Shown piece after piece: positions 29,701-35,779 of a DNA stretch of 64,000 nucleotides (position 1 is the first letter of the stretch; the number at the start of each line of letters is the position of its first letter). Source of the DNA: Minisyncoccota bacterium (GTDB taxonomy: Bacteria; Patescibacteriota; Minisyncoccia; Phycocordibacterales; SW-6-46-9). Made by a program: the position numbers and the translations under genes. A model generated the notes under the pieces. It had not been told where the DNA came from and did no database searches. It worked only from the letters and a program-made list of their open reading frames with translations. The stretch lies in NCBI GenBank assembly GCA_040905385.1, contig JBBDRP010000002.1, positions 226,292-290,291 on the forward strand, written 5' to 3'.

Positions 29701-30423
29701 ACGATACCGCCGTATCCAGATCCGAGCGAGTTTGCCGTGGCACCAGATGGGGCCAGCACGTCGTCGATCACGATGACGGCTGCCACCTCTACGGACGGCG
29801 AGGGATCAACCCCGGTCGAGTACTACTTCAACTACCAGGCGTGTGCTGCCGATGCCGGCACCGGCTGGAGTCACTCTGGTTGGTTGGTGGAGACGTCGTA
29901 TACCGACGAGAATCTCCAGGTTAACCAGTGCTACAGCTACCGCGTAAAGACCCGGGATAGCCTGGGTAACGAGACGGCGTACTCGGCAACATCCAGTGCC
30001 TACACCGCCGCCGCAATTCCGGACGCGCCGTCACTTTCCAACCCGACGGAGACGACGCTGGACTTGGTGAACAATGAAGGTGCCAACCCAACCGCTAATC
30101 CCGACACCACCTTTGCGGTACAAGTCAGCGATACCTCACCAGGAGACCAGACCTGGACAAACCAGTACGTCAACGCCAGTGGTGAGCCGTCAGCCACCGC
30201 CGTCTGGCTGACAGACAGCCAGCTGAGCGGCTTGACGGTTACCATGCTGGAGCCGAACATCACCTACACCTTCCGCACCAAGGCTCGCAATGAAGACGGT
30301 GACGAGACCGGCTGGTCGGCGACAACCGTGGCCTCGACCTCGTCTGACTACCCAGATGAGACGGACACCTCAACCCGTCTGCGCGGCGGCTCGACCATCC
30401 GCGGTGGCAGCACAGCGCAGTAA
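20728..30423 (+). CDS. Giant (3231 aa) surface protein, paralogous to gene 2. Has an N-terminal TM anchor, at least seven DUF2341-like modules interleaved with LamG_3 domains, two FN3 domains and a distinct insert domain (nt ~28225-28745). C-terminus ends in ...LRGGSTIRGGSTAQ.
   Basis: Same module signatures as 13177-19737. Long near-identical stretches shared with gene 2 (e.g. AAGLAGSGTEADPYL.STPQDLDD.RNDL; TTAEAQDI.TY.NAGWDIVPI..HDG..STA.WYIDDGNDYP.LWFE). Terminal FN3: YYFNYQACAADAGTGWSHSGWL...YSYRVKTRDSLGNET. Confidence 0.85.
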   Translation: MMILEFYKKVKEFIGRHPRMVAVVGVTVAVLVILGSVGTQAAWYSSTGDGPTWQYRQKITIDADQVDAELTDFPVYVDLSDFGSDFFSNVAADGGDIRITTADGTTELAREVVSVDTASSTGELHFKADSLSASSDSEFFIYYGSSGASDYAVTDTYGRNAVWSDYRFVSHDAGYTDSSGALAQGTLFNGITPNDSAGIIGKATLFDKPSQQYVQLGDTIIPPSSDFTFDVWAEQFDFTGTTVSDESLILTQNDSGSTNATFVHGSNARQNHITGLWDINNSRTLEGPDIRGNGWVKLQIRRDGNEFNLFHNNVLQDATTTAITIPDAANAYLGAYENNGPERFFTGLISEVRSAYTARSDDWIATEYTNQNNTTDFYTIGAQDTQPDSNVAFGANSYGDFADTRWSHREKITIDAAQVDADLADFPVYVDLADLSTTFFQNTNVTCGDIRVTAGDGLTELAREVVACDTASSTGELHFKADSLSASSDTEFYIYYGNNSANNYIHDEQFGRDNVWSDGYAGVWHLSEGSGEARDSTANSSNGTNNGATQGVVGQVGGGYDFDGTDDYVKITENFVSSPSELTISAWFKKESGGDVYETVLHKGSADTVGSSDYWLGVSGDDNLTATIGANTGVGWDAGETTTSVNLGQWYHMAATWDGSVVEVYLDGQFNKQYSLSSYGDLNTDTRFGSSADGTNYQFRGTASEIRIYNKSISGDEISATYRNQNSPTTFYTVGVNEASAGLFGDNPSGDFADADWGYREKITIDADQVGATLTDFPVYVDLSNLSATFFDNVTASGGDIRVTAGDGTTQLAREVVSVNTASSTGELHFKADSISSTTDTSFYIYYGNPNADDYAVGDTYGAENVWSNETLAAFHLEENAVNSSDDNFNGTINGSPAWVTGVIYSALDFLGTNGNNVEISSALQSDITNNSYTVKAWINPRLTGSSNQAIIDTGSEGDGQMRFFMNDTDGSFKIQNTASFTGTGVRSSAGILTADIWNQVVAVVNGTSAILYHNGQEITSGTIDAYTGNGNNIAFGDKPLSSGSSMNALNGSLDEVYIYNSLLSTDWIAAEYTNQSTTTDFYTVGSLEEPSTVFGDDTDGDFADTDWTYREKITINADQVEETLTDFPVYVDLSDFGSQFFNNVRSDGGDIRITASDGTTELAREVVSVDTASSTGEIHFKADEIDAEADTDFYIYYGNTAAVDYVVTDTYGRNAVWSNGYAGVWHTGEDSATQTFDSTGNNNTGNFQDNLPTTQSGKIGDTQDFDGTSDYIDAGTDSSLDITTEITVGVWVNPDNTGGDYTGIVNKSRADTAGFWMGYSANGDIVRWETNDAGGSWHEVDMPLIDAEVGEWNHFVGVYDGSELIGYKNGSQSGTPDSFTGEFETTTNSLKFGDFEVADRWFDGMLDEIRISSAARSADWIATEYNNQNAPSSFYTISGSPSEAPVLLTPEDTATEVSRAPTLDWQPVQSATEYQVQVSPTSTFSSITVDANATDSEIALGTPYPSLDASTTYHWRVRTVDGQSFGAWSTDFSFTTAAGLAGSGTEADPYLISTPQDLDDIRNDLDAYYRLTQDIDLTFDTRDPNGDFYNAGDGWQEIDNFDGEFDMGGYSIIGARIFNGFFDNIGSNGLIHSGKFADCEVHGGYDQGVINETGGAGLIKEVVVDNCSVASGNTTSRRIGGFSGRGISSQDVISRNLVLGGEGDKGANTGRVFDTKVYTRNLIHNVSWEGVSGQTENPLFGWIQSGGNPTVNDVFFDDDTLDYAGTRTDQGTGLTTTEAQDITTYENAGWDIVPIAQHDGQRSTAIWYIDDGNDYPRLWFEYEGEGWKDGWSHREKVTIKSSAVDATLEDFPVYVDLADFGATFFNNVRTDGGDIRVTKADGTTELAREVVSVDTASSTGELHFKADRLASTTDTTFYVYYGNPDASEYATDYAYGRNVVWSDYENVYHLDEQGDGTTGEHIDSAGNHDLTAGYFSAGIPNRVDGNLGYAQQFNGTDTSIGGVFNLSAKDEMVVSVWAQPTASGQSSRSGIFGYSEYNVSSAYRLGGFRFTSSDLGGLDIYLDDGSAEWFNSTLTLNLNQWNYMVGRFESGVTKDILINDQWDERTAPTGSLAAGTSSIALGEVQEDPVNRRFQGLISEARYSTVKRSQEFYAAEYTNQSTTTDFYTVDTTPIQIDSIEDLDDVRNDLSASYELTRNLDFDDCASYDTCANMDTYTTGSGWDPIGTSGDPFTGQFDFKGHSITGLMINRSSTDYQGLFGALGLDGYIHSGSIINADVIGEKRTAVLVGFMDGNALVEHISIRNSTVGGSYSGNKGLLVGWLNSTTSLIRDSYAQGQAIVGNYSAAAGEIHPVDAQFPSENLYFVGTLDYGASSPVGGIDAADNALNSFYDQDVAGEIFGADPGNATTTVIMQDIDTYINAGWDIVPIEEHDGQESTATWFIDDGNDYPKLWFEREGAQSTAFGDDPDGDFADTDWSHREKITINPDKVPTVTSSVNSRVTQSSDDAEEKLSDNSMLISSSDLELIADGTSPGGDQEIGLRFQNITIPQGAVITNAYIEFQTDETNSTTTNLTFRAEDNNDTTTFTTGSGDITNRSKTAASVDWNNVPAWNTISEKHQTPDLSAVVQEVVDRAGWQSGNAMAMFVTGDGTRIAEAYDGEAANAPLLHIEYESPAATLTDFPVYVDLADLSDTFFVYVANDGADIRVTAGDGLTELPREVVSVDSVGKTGELHFKADAVYGSVGTEFYIYYGNPFAVNYSATDTYGAQNVWNSNYVLVSHDGGATDSTSNGNNGTANGDATAGIATGKVGTAAEFDGVSDSFQIADDASLDTPSAITITAWVNANSFKSDFSEIVSKKFDTGYDFLVDNDAGTNDLEFISFDADILQYSNDNVVATSTWSHVAVTYDKSNVNFYADGSYEGGGAETADIGTNNEDLYIGSDAGNSWEWNGLIDEVRILSSSQSADWITVEYNNQSSPSTFYSVGTQEISGEDTIPPYPDPSEFAVAPDGASTSSITMTAATSTDGEGSTPVEYYFNYQACAADAGTGWSHSGWLVETSYTDENLQVNQCYSYRVKTRDSLGNETAYSATSSAYTAAAIPDAPSLSNPTETTLDLVNNEGANPTANPDTTFAVQVSDTSPGDQTWTNQYVNASGEPSATAVWLTDSQLSGLTVTMLEPNITYTFRTKARNEDGDETGWSATTVASTSSDYPDETDTSTRLRGGSTIRGGSTAQ

Positions 30424-30426
30424 ATC

Positions 30427-30452
30427 AAAAAAGCGTTATGCGCTTTTTTGAT
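30427..30452 (+). terminator. Rho-independent terminator after giant gene 3
   Basis: AAAAAAGCG-TTAT-GCGCTTTTTTGA hairpin followed by a T-run, immediately after the stop codon. Confidence 0.75.
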
Positions 30453-30481
30453 TTAGAGGTAAGAGCTAAGAGACATGATAT

Positions 30482-30886
30482 ATGAGCAAAGAACCCAAAA
30501 AGGAGAACAAAATTACATCATTCACTGATCTGACAACGTGGCAAAAAGGCCATGAACTAGTAGTGGAGATTTATGAGACAACCGAGGAGTTTCCTAAGCG
30601 AGAGGTGTATGCGCTTACCGACCAAATTCATCGATCGGCTGTATCAGTTACTTCCAACATTGCTGAAGGGTTTGGTCGTTTTAGCTACGCCGATAGACTA
30701 CATTTTTACCGCATGGCTCGTGGATCACTGACAGAATTACAGAATCAACTCTTGATTGCTCGTGATGTTGGGTATCTCGGCACGGACAAATTTAAAGCCT
30801 TGGCAAGTAAAACCACTACGGTAGAGAAATTACTACAAGGCTTGATTCGAGCCACGAGTGATAGGAAAGATTCACATACCTCTTAG
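30482..30886 (+). CDS. Four-helix-bundle protein (23S rRNA intervening-sequence protein family, TIGR02436-like)
   Basis: ...TDLTTWQKGHELVVEIYETTEEFPKREVYALTDQIHRSAVSVTSNIAEGFGRFSYADRLHFYRMARGSLTELQNQLLIARDVGYL... matches the family pattern (W..A..L...IY.....FP..E...L..Q..R...SI..NIAEG). Confidence 0.75.
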   Translation: MSKEPKKENKITSFTDLTTWQKGHELVVEIYETTEEFPKREVYALTDQIHRSAVSVTSNIAEGFGRFSYADRLHFYRMARGSLTELQNQLLIARDVGYLGTDKFKALASKTTTVEKLLQGLIRATSDRKDSHTS

Positions 30887-31033
30887 CTCTTGTCTCTTGG
30901 ATGTGAAATGCTCTGATATATGTGATTTTGCTACAATGCATAGGAATCGCAGGTGTGGATAGTAAAACCTGTACCTCTGTTATACTAAAGGAGTAGCTTT
31001 TTTTAACTAACTCTTTATATGATGTAAGCCTAT

Positions 31034-32254
31034 ATGTCGCATAAGATCCTCATGTTTGGTTGGGAATTTCCGCCGCATAACAGTGGGGGTCTTGGCGTTG
31101 CCTGTGAGGGAATTGCCCGCGCCTTGGTGCGGGCGGGGCATAATCTGCACTTTGTGCTGCCACGTTCTTACGATCTACTCGATAAAAACATCTCCTTTGT
31201 ATTTGCTGATACCGAGCGCGAGACGCTCAAGGTGACGCCGATCGCCTCGACGCTGTACTCGCCGTATGCCACCAGTACCAGCTACCAAGAGGCAGTGAAA
31301 AAGGGGCTGATAGCACCCGGTCCGTACGGAAACTCACTAATGGCCGAGGTGATGCGGTACAGCTATCAGGCTGGTGCTATTGCGGAGGAGACTGATCCAG
31401 ATATCATCCACGCTCATGACTGGCTGTCCTTTCCGGCGGCGATGGCGGCGAAGCGGGCGACTGGTAAGCCCTTCGTGGCGCATGTGCACGCCACCGAGTA
31501 TGACCGGACCGGTGGTAACGGGCTCAACCAAGAGGTTTATGATATCGAGCGGGCCGGGGTGCAGGCGGCCGATAAGGTGCTCGCTGTTAGCGCCTTTACC
31601 CGCCAGACGCTAATTGACCATTACGGGCTAGATCCAAAAAAGGCTGGTGTCGCCCACAACGGTATCGAGAGCGAGCAGAAGCCGAAGCTACAGCCGGTAC
31701 TAAAGAATATAAAGAATCGTGGCGGTAAGATTGTGCTTTTTCTCGGTCGGATCACGATCCAGAAGGGGCCGGATTACCTGATGGAGGCGGCGCGTCGGCT
31801 TTTGGAAATCCGCGACGACACCTACTTTGTAGTGGCCGGATCCGGGGATATGCATGACCAAATGGTCGAGCGAGCTGCCGAGTTAGGTCTGGCCGACCGG
31901 GTATTTTTTCCGGGATTTGTGCGTGGCTGGAAGATTGATCAGCTGTATCAATCAGCCGATCTTTTTGTGATGCCGTCGGTGTCCGAGCCGTTTGGTATTA
32001 CGCCGCTGGAGGCGCTGATGAACAAGACGCCGGTTTTGATTTCCAAGCAGTCCGGAGTTTCGGAGGTGCTGGATCACGCGCTGACCGTCGACTTTTGGGA
32101 TACCGAGAAGATGGCCGACCAGATGAATGCGGTACTGGAGCACCCGGCGCTGTATGCCGAGCTGTCACGAAACGGGAATAATGAGGTGCATAAGATTAGC
32201 TGGGATGATACTGCTCGGTCTATTACTGCTGCGTACGATTTGGTTGCTGGGTAA
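31034..32254 (+). CDS. GT4-family glycosyltransferase, archaeal-type glycogen(starch) synthase-like
   Basis: N-terminal ILMFGWEFPPHNSGGLGVACEGIARALVRAGH (E..PP..GGLG motif). C-terminal GT-B fold with EPFGITPLEA (glycosyl transferase group 1). Confidence 0.8.
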   Translation: MSHKILMFGWEFPPHNSGGLGVACEGIARALVRAGHNLHFVLPRSYDLLDKNISFVFADTERETLKVTPIASTLYSPYATSTSYQEAVKKGLIAPGPYGNSLMAEVMRYSYQAGAIAEETDPDIIHAHDWLSFPAAMAAKRATGKPFVAHVHATEYDRTGGNGLNQEVYDIERAGVQAADKVLAVSAFTRQTLIDHYGLDPKKAGVAHNGIESEQKPKLQPVLKNIKNRGGKIVLFLGRITIQKGPDYLMEAARRLLEIRDDTYFVVAGSGDMHDQMVERAAELGLADRVFFPGFVRGWKIDQLYQSADLFVMPSVSEPFGITPLEALMNKTPVLISKQSGVSEVLDHALTVDFWDTEKMADQMNAVLEHPALYAELSRNGNNEVHKISWDDTARSITAAYDLVAG

Positions 32255-32287
32255 AGATTCGTAATTTTTAGCTCTTAGCTCATACCT

Positions 32288-32310
32288 TTCAGAACATGGA
32301 ATGTTCTGAA
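32288..32310. repeat. Palindromic hairpin TTCAGAACAT-GGA-ATGTTCTGAA between the GT4 and GH57 genes. Same core as 35761-35779.
   Basis: 10-bp stem read directly, followed by AAAAA. The second copy CAGAACAT-GAA-ATGTTCTG lies between the GH15 and MFS genes. Confidence 0.7.
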
Positions 32311-32336
32311 AAACCCGTGATATAATAAATACACAT

Positions 32337-33605
32337 ATGGCCACTGTTTGTTTTTATTTTCAAGTACACCAGCCGTACCGCCTGCGGAACTTTTCTATTT
32401 TTGAGACCACGGAGGCAGCTGACGGCACGCCTCGAGACTATTTTTCTGATGTGTCCGAGACGTCGAGAAATAATAGGAGGGTGATGCAGAAGGTGGCACG
32501 TAAGTCCTACTTGCCAACCAATCAGACCTTATTGAAGCTACTGCGCGATCATCCCGAATTTCGCGTCTCTTTTTCCTTTTCTGGACTTGCGCTGGAGCAG
32601 TTTGCCGAGTTTGCTCCGGAGGTCTTGGAGTCATTTAAGGCACTGGTTGGTACTGGCCAAGTCGAAGTGCTTTCCGAGACGTATCATCACTCGCTGGCCT
32701 TCTTTTATGACAGGGATGAGTTCACCAACCAGGTTGCCGAGCATGGCGAGCTAATTTACGACCTGTTTGGCGTCACCCCACGCGTATTTCGGAATACGGA
32801 GCTCGCCTACAATAATGATCTGGGCCAGTGGGCAGACGAGCACGGCTACGACGGAGTACTGGCAGAGGGCTGGGATCCGGTGCTGGAGTGGCGTTCGCCA
32901 AACTTTGTGTACCAGCCGCCTGGTGCCGAAAAGACCCGACTTCTGCTGAAAAATTACAAGCTTAGCGATGATATTGCCTTCCGATTTTCAGATAGAGACT
33001 GGAAGGGTTGGCCACTAACGGCCGAGAAGTTTGCCGGCTGGGTGAGCGACCATAACGCCGCCCGAGATACCAGCGGCGAGCTGATAAATCTGTTTATTGA
33101 TTACGAGACCTTTGGCGAGCACCAGTGGGAGGATACGGGTATTTTTGACTTCTTGAGGAAGTTGCCGGCTGCACTTCTGGAGCATCCGGACAACGCCTTC
33201 ATGACACCGTCAGAGGTGATTGCTAATCATGAAGTTCGCGACGAGATGGACATTCCGCACACGGTGACCTGGGCAGATACCGAGCGCGACCTATCGGCCT
33301 GGCTCGGCAACGAGATGCAGCAGTCGGCGGTCAAGGCGCTGTATGATCTGAAACCGCTCGTGGTGGCCACGGACGACCCGGACATTCTTCGTGACTGGCA
33401 GCGCCTGCAGACGTCAGACCACCTGTACTACATGTGCACGAAGTGGTCTGCCGATGGTGATGTGCATGCGTATTTCAATCCGTATGATTCACCATACGAG
33501 GCGTTTGTGACCTACATGAATGTACTTACTGATCTACGTGAGCGCTGCGCGCCGCAGAACGAGTCTCCCACAGCCATGGCTCCCGCGGCAGTTGAAGTTG
33601 GGTAA
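32337..33605 (+). CDS. Glycoside hydrolase family 57 (alpha-amylase / alpha-glucan branching or 4-alpha-glucanotransferase-like)
   Basis: N-terminal FYFQVHQPYRL GH57 signature. Length 422 aa fits the GH57 catalytic (beta/alpha)7 region. Confidence 0.7.
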   Translation: MATVCFYFQVHQPYRLRNFSIFETTEAADGTPRDYFSDVSETSRNNRRVMQKVARKSYLPTNQTLLKLLRDHPEFRVSFSFSGLALEQFAEFAPEVLESFKALVGTGQVEVLSETYHHSLAFFYDRDEFTNQVAEHGELIYDLFGVTPRVFRNTELAYNNDLGQWADEHGYDGVLAEGWDPVLEWRSPNFVYQPPGAEKTRLLLKNYKLSDDIAFRFSDRDWKGWPLTAEKFAGWVSDHNAARDTSGELINLFIDYETFGEHQWEDTGIFDFLRKLPAALLEHPDNAFMTPSEVIANHEVRDEMDIPHTVTWADTERDLSAWLGNEMQQSAVKALYDLKPLVVATDDPDILRDWQRLQTSDHLYYMCTKWSADGDVHAYFNPYDSPYEAFVTYMNVLTDLRERCAPQNESPTAMAPAAVEVG

Positions 33606-33631
33606 TTTTCTACGGTATAATAGAAGCAGCG

Positions 33632-33769
33632 AGTAGAAAGCCGAAAGTTCAAAGTCTGTAAAGTCATAAAGGATCTTTACAAAATATAGCCGTGACGGCA
33701 TACTCACTCTCTCGATTTATAAGGAAAATCTAATTGCAACTTTTAACTTTTTACTTTTGACTAATTTTT
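33632..33769. repeat. ~135-bp intergenic element, copy 1. Has inverted AAAGTC/ACTTT-rich arms (GTAGAAAGCCGAAAGTTCAAAGTCTGTAAAGTC ... AACTTTTAACTTTTTACTTTTGAC) and a conserved core GGAAAATCTAATTGCAAC.
   Basis: Homologous to 37010-37129 (core GAAAAATCTAATTGTAAC, arms GTCGAAAGTCTAAAGTCAAAAGTCGTAAAGTT / AACTTTCGACATTTGACTTTTAGC). Immediately upstream of the GH15 start. Confidence 0.7.
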
Positions 33770-33772
33770 AAT

Positions 33773-35758
33773 ATGCCACGATCATTTACAGCCGGAAATG
33801 GAGAGATGCTTGTCGGAGTCGATGAGTATGGTTTCATGCAGGATCTCTACTATCCACACATCGGATTAGAGAACCATGTTGGTGATGCACACCAACACCG
33901 CATCGGTATTTTTGTTGATGGTGGAATTCACTGGCTGTCGGACAAGGATTTTGAGGTTTTGGCCACAACAAATCCGGAGACGATGATGTCCGATATCGTG
34001 GCCCGTAACACTAAGATCGGTGTAACAGTGACCATGCAGGACGTTGTTTATAATGAGAAGCCAATTTTAGTACGTGAGGTAACGGTGAAAAATACCTGGG
34101 ATGTGGTCCGAGATATAACATTGTATTTTGGTCAGGAGTTCGAGATTAGTCAGTCACGGCAGGCGAGTACTGCATACTTTGACCCAGCCAATGAATGCAT
34201 CATCCATTACCGCGGTCGCCGCGCCTTTTTGATGAACGCGGTTGATGATGACGGTTCTTTTACACAGTATACGACTGGTGTTTCCGGGATTGAGAACAAA
34301 GAGGGATCCTGGCGTGATGCCGAGGATGGTCAGCTGCAGGGTAATCCAATAGAGCACGGACCGGCTGATTCTGTTTTTGGACTGGAGCGTTCGTACGAAG
34401 GCAAGTCTGAGCGCACCACCTACTTCTGGCTGGTGGCAGGAAAGTCTATTAATGAGGTAATCAGGCTTAACAAGTATGTTCACGACCGTACACCGGAGCA
34501 CCTGCTTAAAACAACGAGTAACTACTGGCGTGCCTGGCTGGATCGCTGTCCGGATCATTTTCATGACCTTTCCGAGCCGGCGCAGGATCTCTTTAGTCGG
34601 TCGTTGTTAATTATTCGAGCGCATGCCGACAAGGATGGCGGTATTCTGGCTTCGAGTGATTCGGATATGCTGCAGCGGGGTAAGGACTCGTACGAGTATG
34701 TTTGGCCGCGGGATGGTTCCTACATCACCCGAGCGCTGGATCAGGTGGGCGCCTGGAAGGTCAGTGAACGGTTCTTTTACTTCATGAATTACGTTATGGA
34801 CGGTGACGGCTACCTAATGCATAAGTATGGTCCGGACGGGTCGCTGGGATCATCCTGGCATCCGTGGTTTTATCAGGATATGTACCAGTTGCCGATTCAG
34901 GAGGATGAGACGGCAACGGTTCTGCATACGCTGTGGCAGCATTACCAGCAGTCGCAGGACCTAGAGTTCATTGAGAGTATTTACAACTCCTTTATAGAAC
35001 GAGCGGCGAACTTTTTGATAACCTATCGACACCACGAAACCAAGCTTCCAAAACGCAGTTATGATCTCTGGGAGGAGCGGATTGGTGTGCATACCTACAC
35101 GGCCGCGTCGGTGTATGGTGGCCTGCAGGCAGCTAGCAATTTTGCGGGACTTTTGGGTAAGGATGTCGAGGAGAAGCATTACAAAGCCAAGGCAAATGAG
35201 ATCAAGGATGCAATTTTGAAGTATTTATATAACGAGGACGAGGGCTGCTTTGTACGGAGTGGTGAGACCGAGGATGGTGCCTTTGTTCAGGACACCACCA
35301 TTGATTTTTCATCTACGTTTGGTGTCTGGTACTTTGGCGTACTGCCGGGTCGAGACGATCGACTAGTTAACTCGATGGCGATGACGCAGGAAGCACTAGG
35401 TGTACCTGGTGTTGGTGGCTTTGCTCGTTACGAAGGTGATACCTACTATCGCAACAAAAATCATGAAGGTGTGACTGCACCCGGTAATCCGTGGTTTGTG
35501 ACAACATTATGGTACGCCCAGTACGTGACCGAGCTAGCTGACAATGAAGAGGAGATCAAGCAGGTGGCGCATATTCTGGAGTGGGTGACAGACCACACTA
35601 CGACGGCTGGGCTGCTTTCCGAGCAGCTAGATCTTAAGACTAGCGAGCCGCTGTCGGCAACACCATTGGTCTGGAGCCACGGGGAGTACGTTATTACCGT
35701 GGTGAAGTATCTCGAGAAGCTTGAGGAGCTTGGGCTCTGCCGCAATTGTAAGAAGTAG
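33773..35758 (+). CDS. GH15-family glucoamylase / glucodextranase-like (bacterial-archaeal type, N-terminal beta domain + (alpha/alpha)6 barrel)
   Basis: YEYVWPRDGSYITRAL (GH15 W.RD motif), ...SSWHPWFYQ..., 661 aa. Confidence 0.8.
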   Translation: MPRSFTAGNGEMLVGVDEYGFMQDLYYPHIGLENHVGDAHQHRIGIFVDGGIHWLSDKDFEVLATTNPETMMSDIVARNTKIGVTVTMQDVVYNEKPILVREVTVKNTWDVVRDITLYFGQEFEISQSRQASTAYFDPANECIIHYRGRRAFLMNAVDDDGSFTQYTTGVSGIENKEGSWRDAEDGQLQGNPIEHGPADSVFGLERSYEGKSERTTYFWLVAGKSINEVIRLNKYVHDRTPEHLLKTTSNYWRAWLDRCPDHFHDLSEPAQDLFSRSLLIIRAHADKDGGILASSDSDMLQRGKDSYEYVWPRDGSYITRALDQVGAWKVSERFFYFMNYVMDGDGYLMHKYGPDGSLGSSWHPWFYQDMYQLPIQEDETATVLHTLWQHYQQSQDLEFIESIYNSFIERAANFLITYRHHETKLPKRSYDLWEERIGVHTYTAASVYGGLQAASNFAGLLGKDVEEKHYKAKANEIKDAILKYLYNEDEGCFVRSGETEDGAFVQDTTIDFSSTFGVWYFGVLPGRDDRLVNSMAMTQEALGVPGVGGFARYEGDTYYRNKNHEGVTAPGNPWFVTTLWYAQYVTELADNEEEIKQVAHILEWVTDHTTTAGLLSEQLDLKTSEPLSATPLVWSHGEYVITVVKYLEKLEELGLCRNCKK

Positions 35759-35760
35759 CT

Positions 35761-35779
35761 CAGAACATGAAATGTTCTG
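35761..35779. terminator. Shared hairpin between the convergent GH15 (+) and MFS (-) genes (CAGAACAT-GAA-ATGTTCTG)
   Basis: 8-bp stem in the 21-bp gap between two converging stop codons. No strong T-run; function as a terminator is inferred. Confidence 0.5.
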
